This document shows, piece after piece, positions 26,170 through 37,740 of a stretch of DNA of 64,000 bases. The number at the start of each line of letters is the position of its first letter. Position 1 is the first letter of the stretch. The DNA lies in NCBI GenBank assembly GCA_040389965.1, contig JAZJZF010000021.1:79887-143886 (forward strand), given 5' to 3'. Origin of the DNA: Bacteroidota bacterium. GTDB lineage: Bacteria; Bacteroidota; Bacteroidia; B-17B0; Aurantibacillaceae. The notes beneath the pieces were generated by a model. It made no database searches. It had not been told where the DNA came from and saw only the letters and a list, made by a program, of their open reading frames with translations. A program made the translations under genes and the position numbers.

Positions 26170-26913
26170 ATGGGACAAAAAGCAAATCCAATAGGTTTAC
26201 GTTTAGGAGTTATTAAAGGTTGGGATTCTAACTGGTTTGGCGGAAGAGATTACGCTGACAAATTAGTTGAAGACACTCAGATCCGTGAATACTTGAAAGT
26301 TCGTTTGCCAAAAGGCAGCATTTCTAAAATCGTTATTGAAAGAACCTTAAAGTTAATTACCGTTACAATTAACACAGCTCGTCCGGGTATCATTATCGGA
26401 AAAGGTGGTAAGGAAGTAGATAAATTAAAAGAAGAGTTAAAAAAAGTAACTAAGAAAGAAATTCAAATCAATATATTTGAAATTAAACGCCCTGAGTTGG
26501 ATGCGCGTTTAGTATCAGACAGTATTGCACGTCAGATCGAAGGACGTATTTCTTTCCGTAGAGCTGCAAAAATGTCTATCGCATCAACCATGCGTATGGG
26601 TGCAGAAGGAATCAAAATCAAAGTATCCGGTCGTTTAGGCGGTGCTGAGATGGCAAGGTCAGAAGGATATAAAGAAGGACGTACTCCGTTACAGACGTTA
26701 CGCGCTGATATCGATTATGCAATTGCTGAAGCTCACACAACTTATGGTCGTATCGGTGTTAAAGTTTGGATTTGCAAAGGTGAAATTTATGGAAAACGTG
26801 ATCTTTCTCCAAACTTCGGTTTAGACAAAGAGAAAAAAACAGGAACTAATAATCCTGCTCCAAAATTCGCAGGTCGCGGTCCAAAAAGAGACAACAAAAG
26901 AAACGACAAATAA
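26170..26913 (+). CDS. rpsC: 30S ribosomal protein S3
   Basis: The track start 26098 overlaps rplV. The conserved S3 N-terminus [13 protein letters not shown] begins at ATG 26170. A KH domain and a basic C-terminal tail follow. Confidence 0.95.
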   Translation: MGQKANPIGLRLGVIKGWDSNWFGGRDYADKLVEDTQIREYLKVRLPKGSISKIVIERTLKLITVTINTARPGIIIGKGGKEVDKLKEELKKVTKKEIQINIFEIKRPELDARLVSDSIARQIEGRISFRRAAKMSIASTMRMGAEGIKIKVSGRLGGAEMARSEGYKEGRTPLQTLRADIDYAIAEAHTTYGRIGVKVWICKGEIYGKRDLSPNFGLDKEKKTGTNNPAPKFAGRGPKRDNKRNDK

Positions 26914-26952
26914 TTTAACAAGAAGTAAAAGCATTTAAAAGGTATACAGAAA

Positions 26953-27381
26953 ATGATACAGCCAAAAAGAACGAAATATAGAAAGATGCACAAAATGAAA
27001 ATGAAAGGCAACACCAAACGTGGTGATCAATTAGCCTTTGGTTCATTTGGAATAAAAGCATTAGATGAAAGCTGGGTTACTGCTCGTCAGATCGAATCAG
27101 CCCGTATCGCCCTTACCCGTTTTATGAAACGTGAAGGCCAGGTATGGATCCGTATTTTCCCTGACAAACCAATCACCAAAAAACCTGCAGAGGTTCGTAT
27201 GGGTAAAGGTAAAGGTGCTCCTGAGTATTGGGTTGCCCCGGTAAAAAAAGGACGTATGTTATTTGAAGCAGAGGGTGTTCCTTTGGAAGTTGCAAAAGAA
27301 GCGTTACGTTTAGCTGCTCAAAAATTACCAATTGTTACTAAATTTGTAGTTCGCAGAGATTACGTAGAAGCAACCGTTTAA
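26953..27381 (+). CDS. rplP: 50S ribosomal protein L16
   Basis: 142 aa: [11 protein letters not shown]...RMGKGKG. Confidence 0.97.
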   Translation: MIQPKRTKYRKMHKMKMKGNTKRGDQLAFGSFGIKALDESWVTARQIESARIALTRFMKREGQVWIRIFPDKPITKKPAEVRMGKGKGAPEYWVAPVKKGRMLFEAEGVPLEVAKEALRLAAQKLPIVTKFVVRRDYVEATV

Positions 27382-27401
27382 TTTCCAAAAGATTTAAAAA
27401 A

Positions 27402-27599
27402 ATGAAAAATAAAGATATCGTTGCCTTGTCAACAGCAGAGTTACAAGATAAAGTAAGAGAAGAAAAAGCGAGTTTAACAAAACTACGTTTAAACCACGCC
27501 ACATCTCCAATTGAAAACCCAATCAAAATCCGCGATAACCGCAAAGCAGTTGCTCGTTTAGCTACTGAATTAACTAAAAGAAATAAAGCTTCTAAATAA
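27402..27599 (+). CDS. rpmC: 50S ribosomal protein L29
   Basis: 65 aa and helical, placed between L16 and S17. Confidence 0.93.
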   Translation: MKNKDIVALSTAELQDKVREEKASLTKLRLNHATSPIENPIKIRDNRKAVARLATELTKRNKASK

Positions 27600-27606
27600 T
27601 ATAGCA

Positions 27607-27864
27607 ATGGAAGAAAGAAATTTAAGAAAAGAGAAAATCGGGATCGTAAAGAGCAACAAAATGCAAAAGTCAATTGTAGTTGCGGTTATGCGTAAAGTAA
27701 AACACCCTAAATACGGTAAATTCGTTAACAAAACATCTACTTTCGTAGCTCATGATGAGAACAACGAATGCAGCATTGGTGATACTGTTAAAATTGCTGA
27801 GACACGTCCTTTAAGCAAATCTAAAAACTGGCGTTTAGTACAGGTGTTAGAGAAAGTAAAATAA
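27607..27864 (+). CDS. rpsQ: 30S ribosomal protein S17
   Basis: 85 aa: KHPKYGK...HDENNEC..GD.V.I.ETRPLSK.K.W. Confidence 0.96.
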   Translation: MEERNLRKEKIGIVKSNKMQKSIVVAVMRKVKHPKYGKFVNKTSTFVAHDENNECSIGDTVKIAETRPLSKSKNWRLVQVLEKVK

Positions 27865-27888
27865 TCTTATTAAAAAGTTTAAGAAAAA

Positions 27889-28257
27889 ATGGTACAAAAC
27901 GAATCAAGATTAGCAGTAGCAGATAACAGTGGAGCAAAAGAAGTGCTGGTTATCCGTGTATTAGGCGGAACAAGAAAACGCTACGCATCTATAGGAGATA
28001 AAATTGTAGTTACAATTAAAAGTGCTTTACCGTCAGGTAACGTAAAAAAAGGAACTGTACATAAAGCAGTAGTTGTTAGGGTAAAAAAAGAAATCCGTCG
28101 TGCAGATGGTTCTTATATTCGCTTTGATGATAACGCTTGTGTTATCTTAAATCAAGGTGATGAAATACGCGGAACACGTATCTTCGGACCTGTAGCCCGT
28201 GAATTACGTGATAAACAATTCATGAAAATCATTTCATTAGCACCGGAAGTGCTTTAA
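27889..28257 (+). CDS. rplN: 50S ribosomal protein L14
   Basis: 122 aa: [18 protein letters not shown]. Confidence 0.97.
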   Translation: MVQNESRLAVADNSGAKEVLVIRVLGGTRKRYASIGDKIVVTIKSALPSGNVKKGTVHKAVVVRVKKEIRRADGSYIRFDDNACVILNQGDEIRGTRIFGPVARELRDKQFMKIISLAPEVL

Positions 28258-28275
28258 TACATAATAGCGAAAGAA

Positions 28276-28593
28276 ATGTCAAAATTAAAATTAAAAAAAG
28301 GCGATACTGTAAAAGTAATATCTGGCGAATCCAGAGGCCAAGAAGGTAAAATTGTATCTATTGATACTAAAAAAGAAAGAGCCATTGTGGAAGGTGTTAA
28401 CATGATTAGTAAACACACGAAACCAAGCGCAAAAAATGCTAACGGTGGTATTGTTAAACAAGAAGGTTCTATCCATATCTCAAACTTAATGTTTTCTGAA
28501 GGTGGAAAAACAGTTAGAATTGGCCGTACAGTAGACGCTAAAACTAACAAAATAGAACGTATTTCTAAAAAAACTAAAGCAGTAATTAAATAA
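28276..28593 (+). CDS. rplX: 50S ribosomal protein L24
   Basis: 105 aa with a KOW motif ([20 protein letters not shown]). Confidence 0.96.
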   Translation: MSKLKLKKGDTVKVISGESRGQEGKIVSIDTKKERAIVEGVNMISKHTKPSAKNANGGIVKQEGSIHISNLMFSEGGKTVRIGRTVDAKTNKIERISKKTKAVIK

Positions 28594-28595
28594 CA

Positions 28596-29156
28596 ATGGC
28601 TACAGCAACATATTCCCCAAGATTAAAGGACAAATACAAAGCTGAAATTGTAACAAATTTAAAAAAACAATTTCAATACACTTCAGCAATGCAAGTGCCT
28701 AAATTAGAGAAAATCTGCATCAATCAAGGTATTGGTGACGCGGTTTCTGATAAAAAAATGATTGAATCAGCTGTGAAAGAAATGACCACTATTACAGGTC
28801 AAAAAGCAGTTCCAACGTATTCAACAAAAGATATTTCGAACTTTAAATTACGTAAAGGTGTAGCTATCGGTGTTCGTGTAACATTACGTGGCGATAAAAT
28901 GTATGAATTCTTAGATCGTTTGATCGCGTCTTCATTACCACGTATCCGTGATTTTAAAGGAGTAAATGATAAAGGATTTGATGGTCGTGGTAACTACACT
29001 TTAGGTATTACCGAGCAAATCATCTTCCCGGAGATCGATATCGATAAAGTGAGCAAAATCCAGGGTATGGACATTACTTTTGTAACTTCTGCACCTACAG
29101 ATAAAGAAGCTCATGCTTTATTAACAGAATTTGGTATTCCATTCAAAAAGAAATAG
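28596..29156 (+). CDS. rplE: 50S ribosomal protein L5
   Basis: 186 aa: [17 protein letters not shown]. Confidence 0.97.
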   Translation: MATATYSPRLKDKYKAEIVTNLKKQFQYTSAMQVPKLEKICINQGIGDAVSDKKMIESAVKEMTTITGQKAVPTYSTKDISNFKLRKGVAIGVRVTLRGDKMYEFLDRLIASSLPRIRDFKGVNDKGFDGRGNYTLGITEQIIFPEIDIDKVSKIQGMDITFVTSAPTDKEAHALLTEFGIPFKKK

Positions 29157-29185
29157 TATATTTACAGCCCTGAAAAAAAGATAAA

Positions 29186-29455
29186 ATGGCAAAAGAATCA
29201 ATGATAGCACGTGATGCTAAAAGAAAAAAGTTAGTAGATACTTACGCAGCTAAGCGTGCAGAATTAAAAAAAGCTGGTGACTCAGTAGGTTTACAAAAAT
29301 TACCAAAAAATTCTTCTAAAGTAAGAATGCGTAATCGTTGTAAATTAACCGGACGTCCTCGTGGTTACATGAGAGATTTCGGTATCAGCCGTGTTACTTT
29401 CCGTGAAATGGTATTATTCGGTTTAATCCCGGGTGTTACCAAATCAAGCTTCTAA
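29186..29455 (+). CDS. rpsN: 30S ribosomal protein S14 (long, zinc-free type)
   Basis: 89 aa: [19 protein letters not shown] with no CxxC pairs. Confidence 0.95.
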   Translation: MAKESMIARDAKRKKLVDTYAAKRAELKKAGDSVGLQKLPKNSSKVRMRNRCKLTGRPRGYMRDFGISRVTFREMVLFGLIPGVTKSSF

Positions 29456-29526
29456 TCAGAAGCAACAAAAAGAGTATTAATGTATAATTATCCTGAAAGG
29501 CAGGGTAACATATAAAAACAAATAAA

Positions 29527-29925
29527 ATGACAGATACAATTTCAGATTACCTGACACGCGTAAGAAATGCGATCAGTGCAAACCACAGAATCGTTGAGAT
29601 TCCAGCTTCGAACCTGAAAAAAGAAATCACTAAGATTCTTTTTGATAAAGGTTATATCTTAAACTACAAGTTTGAAGAGAACGAAAAAAAACAAGGGACT
29701 ATTAAAATAGCTCTTAAGTACAATCCGGTAACAAAATTATCAGCTATCCGCACTTTAGACAGAGTATCAACTCCTGGTTTACGTAAGTATTCAGGTGCCG
29801 TTACTATGCCAAAAGTATTAAACGGGTTAGGCGTTGCTATTATCTCTACATCTAAAGGTGTTATGACAGATAAAGAAGCTCGCAAACTAAATGTTGGTGG
29901 CGAAGTTTTATGTTATATTTCATAA
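29527..29925 (+). CDS. rpsH: 30S ribosomal protein S8
   Basis: 132 aa: TDTISDYLTRVRNA...GGEVLCYI. Confidence 0.97.
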   Translation: MTDTISDYLTRVRNAISANHRIVEIPASNLKKEITKILFDKGYILNYKFEENEKKQGTIKIALKYNPVTKLSAIRTLDRVSTPGLRKYSGAVTMPKVLNGLGVAIISTSKGVMTDKEARKLNVGGEVLCYIS

Positions 29926-29945
29926 TTTAGAGGGAGGAAAAAGAT

Positions 29946-30500
29946 ATGTCACGTATAGGAAAATTACCAATCACAGTTCCCGCAGGCGTTGAAATCAACG
30001 TAAAAGGAACAACTGTTTCAGTAAAAGGCAAATTAGGCTCTTTATCAGAAACAATTGATGCAGATATTAAAGTAGAAGTTGAAAACGGTGTAATTAACGT
30101 TACCCGCCCAACTGATCAAAAACGCCACAGAGCATTACACGGTTTATACCGCTCTTTAATCGCTAACATGGTTAAAGGTGTTTCTGAAGGATATAAAACA
30201 GAACAAGAGTTAGTAGGTGTAGGTTACCGTGCTTCTAACAAAGGTCAATTATTAGAATTAGCTTTAGGTTTTTCTCACAACGTAGTGTTTGAATTACCGG
30301 CTGAAATTAAAATCACAACTGCTTCTGAAAAAGGTCAAAACCCTAAAATTACTTTAGAAAGTTCTGACAAACAACTTTTAGGAATGGTTGCTGCTAAAAT
30401 CCGTAGCTTACGTAAACCTGAACCGTACAAAGGAAAAGGTATTAAATTTACAGGCGAAATTTTACGTCGTAAAGCGGGCAAATCAGCAAGCAAAAAATAA
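29946..30500 (+). CDS. rplF: 50S ribosomal protein L6
   Basis: 184 aa: MSRIGKLPI.VP.GV...PEPYKGKGI. Confidence 0.97.
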   Translation: MSRIGKLPITVPAGVEINVKGTTVSVKGKLGSLSETIDADIKVEVENGVINVTRPTDQKRHRALHGLYRSLIANMVKGVSEGYKTEQELVGVGYRASNKGQLLELALGFSHNVVFELPAEIKITTASEKGQNPKITLESSDKQLLGMVAAKIRSLRKPEPYKGKGIKFTGEILRRKAGKSASKK

Positions 30501-30542
30501 CATAATTAAATTAGTATTAATCATCTTCAAAAAACTGGAAAG

Positions 30543-30899
30543 ATGGCACTCAATAAAAAACAAAGAAGAGAACGCATTAAACTTAAAATACGTAAAACGG
30601 TAATTGGTACCACATCAACTCCCCGTTTAAGCGTATTTAGAAGTAACACTGGTATTTATGCTCAATTAATTGACGATAAAACCGGAAAAACCCTTGCAGC
30701 AGCAGGATCTGACGATAAAACTATCAAAGGATCAAAAGCTACAAAGTCTGAACAAGCTAAATTAGTAGGAAAGTTAATTGCTGAAAAAGCAGGAACTACC
30801 GGAATCAGCTCAGTAGTATTTGACAGGAACGGGTATTTATACCATGGCCGTATCAAATCATTGGCAGAAGGCGCTCGTGAAGCAGGTTTAAAATTTTAA
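30543..30899 (+). CDS. rplR: 50S ribosomal protein L18
   Basis: 118 aa: [16 protein letters not shown]...[23 protein letters not shown]. Confidence 0.96.
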   Translation: MALNKKQRRERIKLKIRKTVIGTTSTPRLSVFRSNTGIYAQLIDDKTGKTLAAAGSDDKTIKGSKATKSEQAKLVGKLIAEKAGTTGISSVVFDRNGYLYHGRIKSLAEGAREAGLKF

Positions 30900-30924
30900 T
30901 TAGTATAAAAAGAACATACATAAC

Positions 30925-31443
30925 ATGTCAAAAGAAGTTGTAAAAAAAGTTAAGTCAAGCGACATCGAACTAAAAGATAAGTTAGTTGCGATCCAACGTG
31001 TAACAAAAGTAACAAAAGGTGGTCGTCACTTTAGTTTCGCTGCAATTGTTGTTGTTGGTGACGAAAAAGGTGTTGTAGGATACGGTTTAGGTAAAGCTAA
31101 CGAGGTTACTGACGCTATTACCAAAGGTATTGATGATGCTAAAAAGAATTTAGTAAAAGTATCAGTATTAAAGGGAACTGTTCCACATCCTGAAAACGGA
31201 AAATTTGGTGGATCAAGAGTTTTCTTAAAACCTGCTGCTCATGGTACTGGTGTAATTGCCGGTGGTGCGATGCGTGCTGTTTTAGAAAGCGTTGGTATTA
31301 CTGATGTATTAGCTAAATCAAAAGGATCTTCAAACCCACACAACGTGGTAAAAGCTACTATTGATGCTTTAGCAAAAATGCGTGATCCATTGGCTATTTC
31401 AAGACAAAGAGGTATTTCATTAGACAGAGTATTTAACGGATAA
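30925..31443 (+). CDS. rpsE: 30S ribosomal protein S5
   Basis: 172 aa: [27 protein letters not shown]. Confidence 0.97.
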   Translation: MSKEVVKKVKSSDIELKDKLVAIQRVTKVTKGGRHFSFAAIVVVGDEKGVVGYGLGKANEVTDAITKGIDDAKKNLVKVSVLKGTVPHPENGKFGGSRVFLKPAAHGTGVIAGGAMRAVLESVGITDVLAKSKGSSNPHNVVKATIDALAKMRDPLAISRQRGISLDRVFNG

Positions 31444-31455
31444 TAATTAAGAGAA

Positions 31456-31635
31456 ATGGAAAAAGTTAAAATCACATTATCTAAAAGTTTCATCAAAAGA
31501 AACGTTAGAACTCGCGCAACAGTACAGGCTTTAGGCTTAAGAAAAACGCAACAATCCGTAGTAAAAGAAGTTACTCCGCAAATACAAGGAATGATAAATG
31601 CAGTTGCGCATTTATTGACAGTAGAAAAAATTTAA
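31456..31635 (+). CDS. rpmD: 50S ribosomal protein L30
   Basis: 59 aa, so below the ORF-track cut-off; I translated it by hand as MEKVKITLSKSFIKRNVRTRATVQALGLRKTQQSVVKEVTPQIQGMINAVAHLLTVEKI. Canonical slot between rpsE and rplO. Confidence 0.9.
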   Translation: MEKVKITLSKSFIKRNVRTRATVQALGLRKTQQSVVKEVTPQIQGMINAVAHLLTVEKI

Positions 31636-31654
31636 TTAATAAAGATATTTTAAA

Positions 31655-32101
31655 ATGAAATTAAATTCATTAACACCTGCAGAAGGTTCAGTAAAAAATA
31701 ATTTTAGAAGAGGTCGCGGACAAGGTTCTGGTGGTGGCGGTACAGCTACTCAAGGTCACAAAGGTGCTCAATCGCGTTCAGGTAACAAAAAGAAACGTGG
31801 TTTTGAAGGTGGTCAAATGCCTTTACAACGTCGTGTTCCTAAATTCGGTTTCAAAAACATTAACCGTGTTGAACACACAGGTGTAAACTTAGATGCTATC
31901 CAACGTATTGTTGAAGCACAAAACTTAACTGAAATTACTGTTGAAACTTTAATTAAAAGTGGTTTAGCTTCAAAAAATGACCTGGTTAAAATTTTAGGAA
32001 GAGGAGAATTAAAAGCAAAAGTAAACATTAACGTTCACGCTTTTACAGCAACAGCTAAAGCAGCTATTGAAGCAAAAGGTGGAGTAGCAACAGCAATTTA
32101 A
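31655..32101 (+). CDS. rplO: 50S ribosomal protein L15
   Basis: 148 aa: a Gly/Arg-rich N-terminus and GFEGGQMPL.RR.PK.GF. Confidence 0.96.
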   Translation: MKLNSLTPAEGSVKNNFRRGRGQGSGGGGTATQGHKGAQSRSGNKKKRGFEGGQMPLQRRVPKFGFKNINRVEHTGVNLDAIQRIVEAQNLTEITVETLIKSGLASKNDLVKILGRGELKAKVNINVHAFTATAKAAIEAKGGVATAI

Positions 32102-32190
32102 TTAGCTATATGTACCAGCTATGTTTTTAACAAGCATATGCCCTACTCTAACATAGCTACATATAACATTTAAAAAAGAAATAAAACTAT

Positions 32191-33525
32191 ATGAAACGTT
32201 TTTTTGAAACCCTCCGGAACATCTGGAAGATAGAAGAGCTAAAGCAAAGGATTTTAACAACCCTTGGCCTTATCTTGATCTATCGTTTGGGTTCTTATGT
32301 TGTATTGCCAGGTATTGATACCGAAGTATTGGCAAGAGCAAATGAAAACTCCAATGATGGAGGGATTATTGCTTTAATCAATGCTTTTGCCGGTGGTGCA
32401 TTCTCAAGAGCTTCTATTTTTGGACTGGGTATTATGCCTTATATTACGGCTTCCATTATTATCCAGTTATTGGGTATGGCAGTTCCGTATTTCCAAAAGA
32501 TGCAGAAAGAAGGAGAAAGCGGACGTAAAAAAATTAATCAATACACTCGTTTCTTAACAGTTGCAGTTACTGCTGTTCAGGCTCCGGGTTATTTAGCGGC
32601 TCAGGTTTACTCTAAACCGGGTGTTGTAGCTATCGACCACGCATGGTTTGGTATTCAGGCCACTATTATATTAGTAGCAGGTACCATGTTTATCATGTGG
32701 CTAGGAGAAAGAATAACAGACAAAGGTATTGGTAATGGTATTTCCATCTTAATTATGATTGGTATCATCTCCCGCTTACCTTTCGCTATCACTTCTGAGT
32801 TCGGTGCTCGTTTACAAAGCGCCGGTGGTGGTTTAATTGTATTCTTATTAGAAATTGTAGCTATTTTACTGATCATTATAAGCTGTATCTTACTGGTTCA
32901 GGGTACCCGAAGAGTTCCTGTGCAGTATGCTAAAAAGATTGTTGGTAATAAACAATATGGTGGTGTTCGTCAGTACTTACCTTTAAAAGTAAACTCTGCA
33001 GGTGTAATGCCAATCATCTTTGCTCAGGCAATAATGTTCATTCCTAATGCTATTGCTAACTTTAATGGTGGTTCAGGCGGTATCTTTGCAGAAAGATACG
33101 GATTTTGGTACAACTTTATTTTCGCAGTATTAATCATTGCTTTTACGTACTTTTATACAGCAATTATGATCAACCCTAACCAGTTGGCAGATGATATGAA
33201 ACGTAACGGAGGCTTTGTACCGGGTGTGAAACCGGGAAAAACAACTGCTGAGTTTATTGATCAGGTTATGTCGCGTATTACCCTACCGGGAGCTATTTTC
33301 CTGGCATTTATTGCGGTAATGCCTTCATTTGCTAATAAATTGGGAATTAACAGTTCATTTGCTGATTTCTTTGGAGGAACGTCATTATTAATCCTTGTAG
33401 GTGTTGTATTGGATACTTTACAACAAATTGAGACATATTTACTGAACCGCCACTATGATGGATTGATGCAGAACGGCAGAATAAAAGGCCGTACAAGCAA
33501 TCAAATGACCATGCAACAGGCTTAA
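32191..33525 (+). CDS. secY: Preprotein translocase subunit SecY
   Basis: 444 aa, ten-TM pattern: [27 protein letters not shown]. Confidence 0.97.
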   Translation: MKRFFETLRNIWKIEELKQRILTTLGLILIYRLGSYVVLPGIDTEVLARANENSNDGGIIALINAFAGGAFSRASIFGLGIMPYITASIIIQLLGMAVPYFQKMQKEGESGRKKINQYTRFLTVAVTAVQAPGYLAAQVYSKPGVVAIDHAWFGIQATIILVAGTMFIMWLGERITDKGIGNGISILIMIGIISRLPFAITSEFGARLQSAGGGLIVFLLEIVAILLIIISCILLVQGTRRVPVQYAKKIVGNKQYGGVRQYLPLKVNSAGVMPIIFAQAIMFIPNAIANFNGGSGGIFAERYGFWYNFIFAVLIIAFTYFYTAIMINPNQLADDMKRNGGFVPGVKPGKTTAEFIDQVMSRITLPGAIFLAFIAVMPSFANKLGINSSFADFFGGTSLLILVGVVLDTLQQIETYLLNRHYDGLMQNGRIKGRTSNQMTMQQA

Positions 33526-33533
33526 ATAAACGA

Positions 33534-33752
33534 ATGGCGAAACAAGCAAATATAGAACTAGACGGTACAATTGTAGAATCTCTCAGCAACGCAATGTTTA
33601 GAGTTGAATTAGAGAACGGACACATCGTTATTGCACATATTTCCGGAAAAATGAGGATGCATTACATTAAAATCCTTACCGGTGATAAAGTAAAACTGGA
33701 AATGAGCCCCTACGATCTAACAAAAGGTAGAATAACATACAGATACAAATAA
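33534..33752 (+). CDS. infA: Translation initiation factor IF-1
   Basis: 72 aa S1-like fold: [12 protein letters not shown]...[26 protein letters not shown]. Confidence 0.97.
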   Translation: MAKQANIELDGTIVESLSNAMFRVELENGHIVIAHISGKMRMHYIKILTGDKVKLEMSPYDLTKGRITYRYK

Positions 33753-33779
33753 CAATAAGAATTTTAACAATTAAAAGAA

Positions 33780-33896
33780 ATGAAAGTTAGAGCATCCATA
33801 AAAAAGAGAAGCGTTGATTGCAAAATCGTTCGCCGTAAAGGAAAGTTGTATATAATCAACAAAAAAAACCCAAAGTTTAAACAAAGACAAAAATAA
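33780..33896 (+). CDS. rpmJ: 50S ribosomal protein L36 (zinc-free, YkgO-like type)
   Basis: 38 aa, absent from the ORF track; I translated it by hand as [38 protein letters not shown]. It has one Cys, so no zinc ribbon. Confidence 0.9.
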   Translation: MKVRASIKKRSVDCKIVRRKGKLYIINKKNPKFKQRQK

Positions 33897-33937
33897 TTTC
33901 GTATTTTCGCGAACTTTTAAAACCAAGTATATAAATA

Positions 33938-34315
33938 ATGGCACGTATTGCAGGTATAGATTTACCAAAAAATAAAAGAGGAGAGATAGGATTAACCTAC
34001 ATTTTTGGTATTGGACGTAGCAGAGCTCAACGTATTTTAACAGAAGCTGGCATTGACTTTAATAAAAAAGTAAATGAGTGGAATGATGATGAGCAAAATG
34101 CTATCCGTAAAATTGTTAATGACAATTTTAAAGTAGAAGGTGGACTTCGTTCAGAAGTTGCTTTAAATATCAAACGTTTAACCGATATCGGATCTTACAG
34201 AGGCATACGTCACCGTAATGGTTTGCCTGTTCGTGGACAACGTACAAAAACGAACTCGCGTACTCGTAAGGGTAAACGTAAAACAGTTGCAAACAAGAAA
34301 AAAGTTACCAAGTAA
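33938..34315 (+). CDS. rpsM: 30S ribosomal protein S13
   Basis: 125 aa: [11 protein letters not shown]......LTYI.GIG...A. Confidence 0.97.
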   Translation: MARIAGIDLPKNKRGEIGLTYIFGIGRSRAQRILTEAGIDFNKKVNEWNDDEQNAIRKIVNDNFKVEGGLRSEVALNIKRLTDIGSYRGIRHRNGLPVRGQRTKTNSRTRKGKRKTVANKKKVTK

Positions 34316-34340
34316 TAAATAATATAAGCATTTCATAAAA

Positions 34341-34751
34341 ATGGCTAAACAACAATCATCAGTAGCAGCTGCAAAAGCTAATGCTAAGAAAAGAGTAGTA
34401 AAGGTAGAAGCAGTTGGAGAAGCTCACTTGAACGCTACTTTCAATAACATCATCATCTCTTTAACTAATAGTGCAGGACAGGTAATTTCTTGGTCAAGTG
34501 CTGGTAAAATGGGATTCCGCGGTTCTAAAAAGAACACGCCTTATGCAGCTCAATTAGCTGCAGCAGATTGCTCTAAAGTAGCTGCTGACTTAGGTTTACG
34601 TAAAGTTAAAGTTTACGTAAAAGGTCCTGGTGCAGGAAGAGAATCAGCTATCAGAACGATTGCTACTTCAGGAATTGAAGTAACGGAGATAGTAGATATC
34701 ACTCCTATGCCACACAATGGTTGTCGTCCTCCAAAACGTCGTCGTTGCTAA
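34341..34751 (+). CDS. rpsK: 30S ribosomal protein S11
   Basis: 136 aa: [30 protein letters not shown]...TP.PHNGCRP.KRRR. Confidence 0.97.
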   Translation: MAKQQSSVAAAKANAKKRVVKVEAVGEAHLNATFNNIIISLTNSAGQVISWSSAGKMGFRGSKKNTPYAAQLAAADCSKVAADLGLRKVKVYVKGPGAGRESAIRTIATSGIEVTEIVDITPMPHNGCRPPKRRRC

Positions 34752-34818
34752 TTCCTGATGTGTATCAGCATAAAGCAATAAATAAAGTATAGTAAATAAC
34801 AGAAATTAATAAAATAAA

Positions 34819-35424
34819 ATGGCAAGATATACAGGTCCTAAATCCAAAATTGCAAGAAAATTCAGAGAGCCAATTTTTGGTCCGGATAAAGCATTAGAAA
34901 AGAAAAATTACCCTCCTGGACAACATGGAAATACTAAGAAAAAAGGTAAAAAATCTGAGTATGCTATCCAGTTAATGGAGAAACAAAAAGCAAAATATAC
35001 ATACGGTATTTTAGAAAAACAATTTGCCAGAACTTTTGACAGAGCTGCTCGTGCGCATGGTATTACAGGTGAAGTATTATTACAATTAATCGAGTCACGT
35101 TTAGATAACGTTGTTTACCGTTTAGGAATTGCTCCTTCTCGTAGAGCTGCACGTCAGTTAGTTTCACACACACACATTACCGTTAATGGTAACGTTGTAA
35201 ACATTCCTTCTTATACATTAAAAGCAGGAGATGTTATTGGTGTACGTGCAAAATCACAAGCTTTAGAGGCTATCACTGATTCTTTATCAGGTTCCGTTAA
35301 CAAATACTCATGGTTAGATTTTGATAAATCTACTTTCACAGGAAAATTCATTTCTGTACCTGAGCGTTCTCAGATTCCTGAAAACATTAAAGAACAGCTG
35401 ATCGTAGAGTTGTACTCTAAATAA
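34819..35424 (+). CDS. rpsD: 30S ribosomal protein S4
   Basis: 201 aa: MARYTGP..K..R......[21 protein letters not shown]. Confidence 0.97.
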   Translation: MARYTGPKSKIARKFREPIFGPDKALEKKNYPPGQHGNTKKKGKKSEYAIQLMEKQKAKYTYGILEKQFARTFDRAARAHGITGEVLLQLIESRLDNVVYRLGIAPSRRAARQLVSHTHITVNGNVVNIPSYTLKAGDVIGVRAKSQALEAITDSLSGSVNKYSWLDFDKSTFTGKFISVPERSQIPENIKEQLIVELYSK

Positions 35425-35463
35425 TAGTTTAGCAAATTAGTTTTTAACCTATAAATTAATAAA

Positions 35464-36456
35464 ATGGCAATATTAAATTTCGTAAAACCAGATAAGGTTG
35501 TTATGATTAACTCTACCGAAACTGAAGGGCAATTTGAATTCCGTCCCTTAGAACCAGGATTTGGTATCACTATAGGTAACTCATTACGTCGTATTTTATT
35601 ATCTTCATTAGAAGGACACGCTATTACAAGTGTACGAATTGAAGGTGTTGATCACGAATTCTCAACCATTAAAGGTGTTGTAGAAGACGTTACTGAAATA
35701 ATTTTAAATTTAAAACAAGTTCGTTTTAAAAAACAATTAGATAACCATGATGTAGAAAAAATCGTAATCCATTTTTCCGGAAACGAAAAATTTACTGCCG
35801 GTGAAATTGGAAAATTTGCAAATGGTTTTCAGATTTTAAATCCTGATTTGGTTATTTTTAACTGCGAAAGCAATGTAAAATTAAAAATCGAATTAACGAT
35901 TGATAAAGGACGCGGATACGTTCCTGCAGAAGAAAACAAAACTAATTCTGCACCTCAGGGAACTATTTTCATTGACTCTATTTATACGCCAATTAAAAAC
36001 GTAAAATATACCATTGAAAACTACCGTGTAGAACAAAAAACAGATTACGAAAAATTAATTTTAGATATCGTTTCTGATGGGTCTATCCACCCGAAAGAAG
36101 CTTTAAAAGAGGCTGCTAAAATTTTAATTTACCATTTCATGTTGTTCTCTGATGAGAAAATTACATTGGATTCTGAAGAGAAAAAATCTGAAGAAGAATT
36201 TGACGAAACATCATTACACATGCGCCAGTTACTAAAAACTAAACTGGTTGATATGGATCTTTCTGTTCGTGCTTTAAATTGCTTAAAAGCAGCAGACGTT
36301 GAAACATTAGGAGAACTGGTTTCTTTCAATAAAAATGACCTTTTAAAATTCCGTAATTTTGGTAAAAAATCTTTAACTGAGCTCGAAGATTTAGTATCAA
36401 CCAAAGGTCTTCAGTTTGGAATGAACGTAGTAAAATATAAATTAGATAAAGATTAA
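35464..36456 (+). CDS. rpoA: DNA-directed RNA polymerase subunit alpha
   Basis: 330 aa: an NTD (PLE.GFG.T.GN.LRR.LLSS) and a CTD helix-hairpin-helix ([10 protein letters not shown]...LGELV). Confidence 0.97.
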   Translation: MAILNFVKPDKVVMINSTETEGQFEFRPLEPGFGITIGNSLRRILLSSLEGHAITSVRIEGVDHEFSTIKGVVEDVTEIILNLKQVRFKKQLDNHDVEKIVIHFSGNEKFTAGEIGKFANGFQILNPDLVIFNCESNVKLKIELTIDKGRGYVPAEENKTNSAPQGTIFIDSIYTPIKNVKYTIENYRVEQKTDYEKLILDIVSDGSIHPKEALKEAAKILIYHFMLFSDEKITLDSEEKKSEEEFDETSLHMRQLLKTKLVDMDLSVRALNCLKAADVETLGELVSFNKNDLLKFRNFGKKSLTELEDLVSTKGLQFGMNVVKYKLDKD

Positions 36457-36554
36457 ATGTAGTTTAAAAGTTAAGAAGGTTGGAAAGTTAAAAGATTAAA
36501 CACCAAAACTTTCAAAACCTTTCAACTTTCAGAACCTTCAAAACAAAAAAGAAA

Positions 36555-37034
36555 ATGAGACACGGAGATAAAATAAATAATTTAGGTAGAACACACTCTC
36601 ACCGTAAAGCATTAATGAGTAACATGGCTTGTTCATTAATCGAACACAAACGTATTTTCACGACTTTGGCTAAAGCTAAAGCATTAAGAACTTATGTTGA
36701 ACCAATCATTAACAGAAGTAAAGATGATTCTACTCATAGCCGTAGAACAGTTTTCTCTTACCTAAAAAGCAAAGAGATTGTAACAATGTTGTTTAAAGAT
36801 GTTGCTGTAAAAGTGGCTGAAAGAAACGGTGGTTACACTCGTATCATCAAAACAGGAAACCGTTTAGGTGATGCTGCTGAAATGGCGTTAATTGAATTAG
36901 TTGATTTCAACGAAATTTATTCTAACGGTAAAGCTACTACAACTGAAAAAGCTAAAACGACTCGTCGTAGCCGTGCTAAAAAAACAACTACTAAAGCTGA
37001 AGGTACTGAAACCAAAGCTGAAGAAGGAGAATAA
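36555..37034 (+). CDS. rplQ: 50S ribosomal protein L17
   Basis: 159 aa: [12 protein letters not shown]...GGYTRI.K...R.GD.A.MA.IELV plus a K/T/E-rich tail. Confidence 0.96.
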   Translation: MRHGDKINNLGRTHSHRKALMSNMACSLIEHKRIFTTLAKAKALRTYVEPIINRSKDDSTHSRRTVFSYLKSKEIVTMLFKDVAVKVAERNGGYTRIIKTGNRLGDAAEMALIELVDFNEIYSNGKATTTEKAKTTRRSRAKKTTTKAEGTETKAEEGE

Positions 37035-37050
37035 TTAATACATTCATTTT

Positions 37051-37088
37051 AAAAGCTCATTCGCTAACCCGAATGAGCTTTTTTTTTG
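37051..37088 (+). terminator. Rho-independent terminator ending the ribosomal super-operon
   Basis: aaaagctcattcg / cgaatgagctttt stem followed by a T9 run. Confidence 0.8.
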
Positions 37089-37106
37089 CCCCCTGCTCTA
37101 CTATCG

Positions 37107-37137
37107 TTTGCAGATATTATTCAAAATTGTATATTTG
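37107..37137 (+). promoter_or_regulatory. Bacteroidota-type promoter
   Basis: -33 TTTG (37107-37110), a 19-nt spacer, then -7 TATATTTG (37130-37137), 17 nt upstream of the TTG start at 37154. Confidence 0.45.
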
Positions 37138-37153
37138 ATTAAAATAATACCCT

Positions 37154-37729
37154 TTGAAAACACATTTACTTTTTACTTTCGGTCTGGCGCTAAGTTTGTT
37201 TTTAAGCGCTTGTCAAAAAAAACCTGTTGCTTCCTTTACAACTGATAAAGACAGCTATCTGAGGACTCAGCGTGTTTATCTTACCAGCACCTCTACTGAT
37301 GCTTATTCATTGGTATGGATCGTTAAAGGCCCCGAAAGCTATGAAAACAGAAGCTCAGAGCAGTACTTTTCGTTTGATGCAGGTTCTACAGGAAGTTACG
37401 AAATAAGCCTCTCATGCTATTCAAAAAACGGGAAATTAATCAGCAAAACCAGTAAAACCATCAATGTGCTTTCAAGCGAAGGCAGTATTGTATTTTATAC
37501 CAATACTGCCGGATCAGGCTATCAGATTTATCAAAACGGTACTTATATTGGAAACTTTGTTGGTACATTCTTCAGCGTACCCAATTGCGGAGCTACAGGT
37601 GCAGTTACTTACGGAGCAAACATCGGGCAATATAGCTTTGATATCACTAATAATTTTTCGGGAACTACAAAAACGTATAACATACAAATAGACGGCGGAG
37701 TCTGTAAACCATTTTTAGTAACATTTTAA
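37154..37729 (+). CDS. Hypothetical lipoprotein
   Basis: 191 aa with a TTG start and a lipobox, LFLSAC. Beta-rich. I recognise no family. Confidence 0.6.
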   Translation: MKTHLLFTFGLALSLFLSACQKKPVASFTTDKDSYLRTQRVYLTSTSTDAYSLVWIVKGPESYENRSSEQYFSFDAGSTGSYEISLSCYSKNGKLISKTSKTINVLSSEGSIVFYTNTAGSGYQIYQNGTYIGNFVGTFFSVPNCGATGAVTYGANIGQYSFDITNNFSGTTKTYNIQIDGGVCKPFLVTF

Positions 37730-37740
37730 ATCAATAAATT

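Noticed and set aside
20118-36404. Numerous antisense or off-frame ORFs within the ribosomal super-operon, for example 20475-20723, 20954-21355, 21956-22333, 27338-27673, 28254-28550, 30388-30603, 31239-31496 and 36129-36404.
   Set aside because: Every one overlaps a universally conserved gene on the other strand or in another frame. None has independent support.
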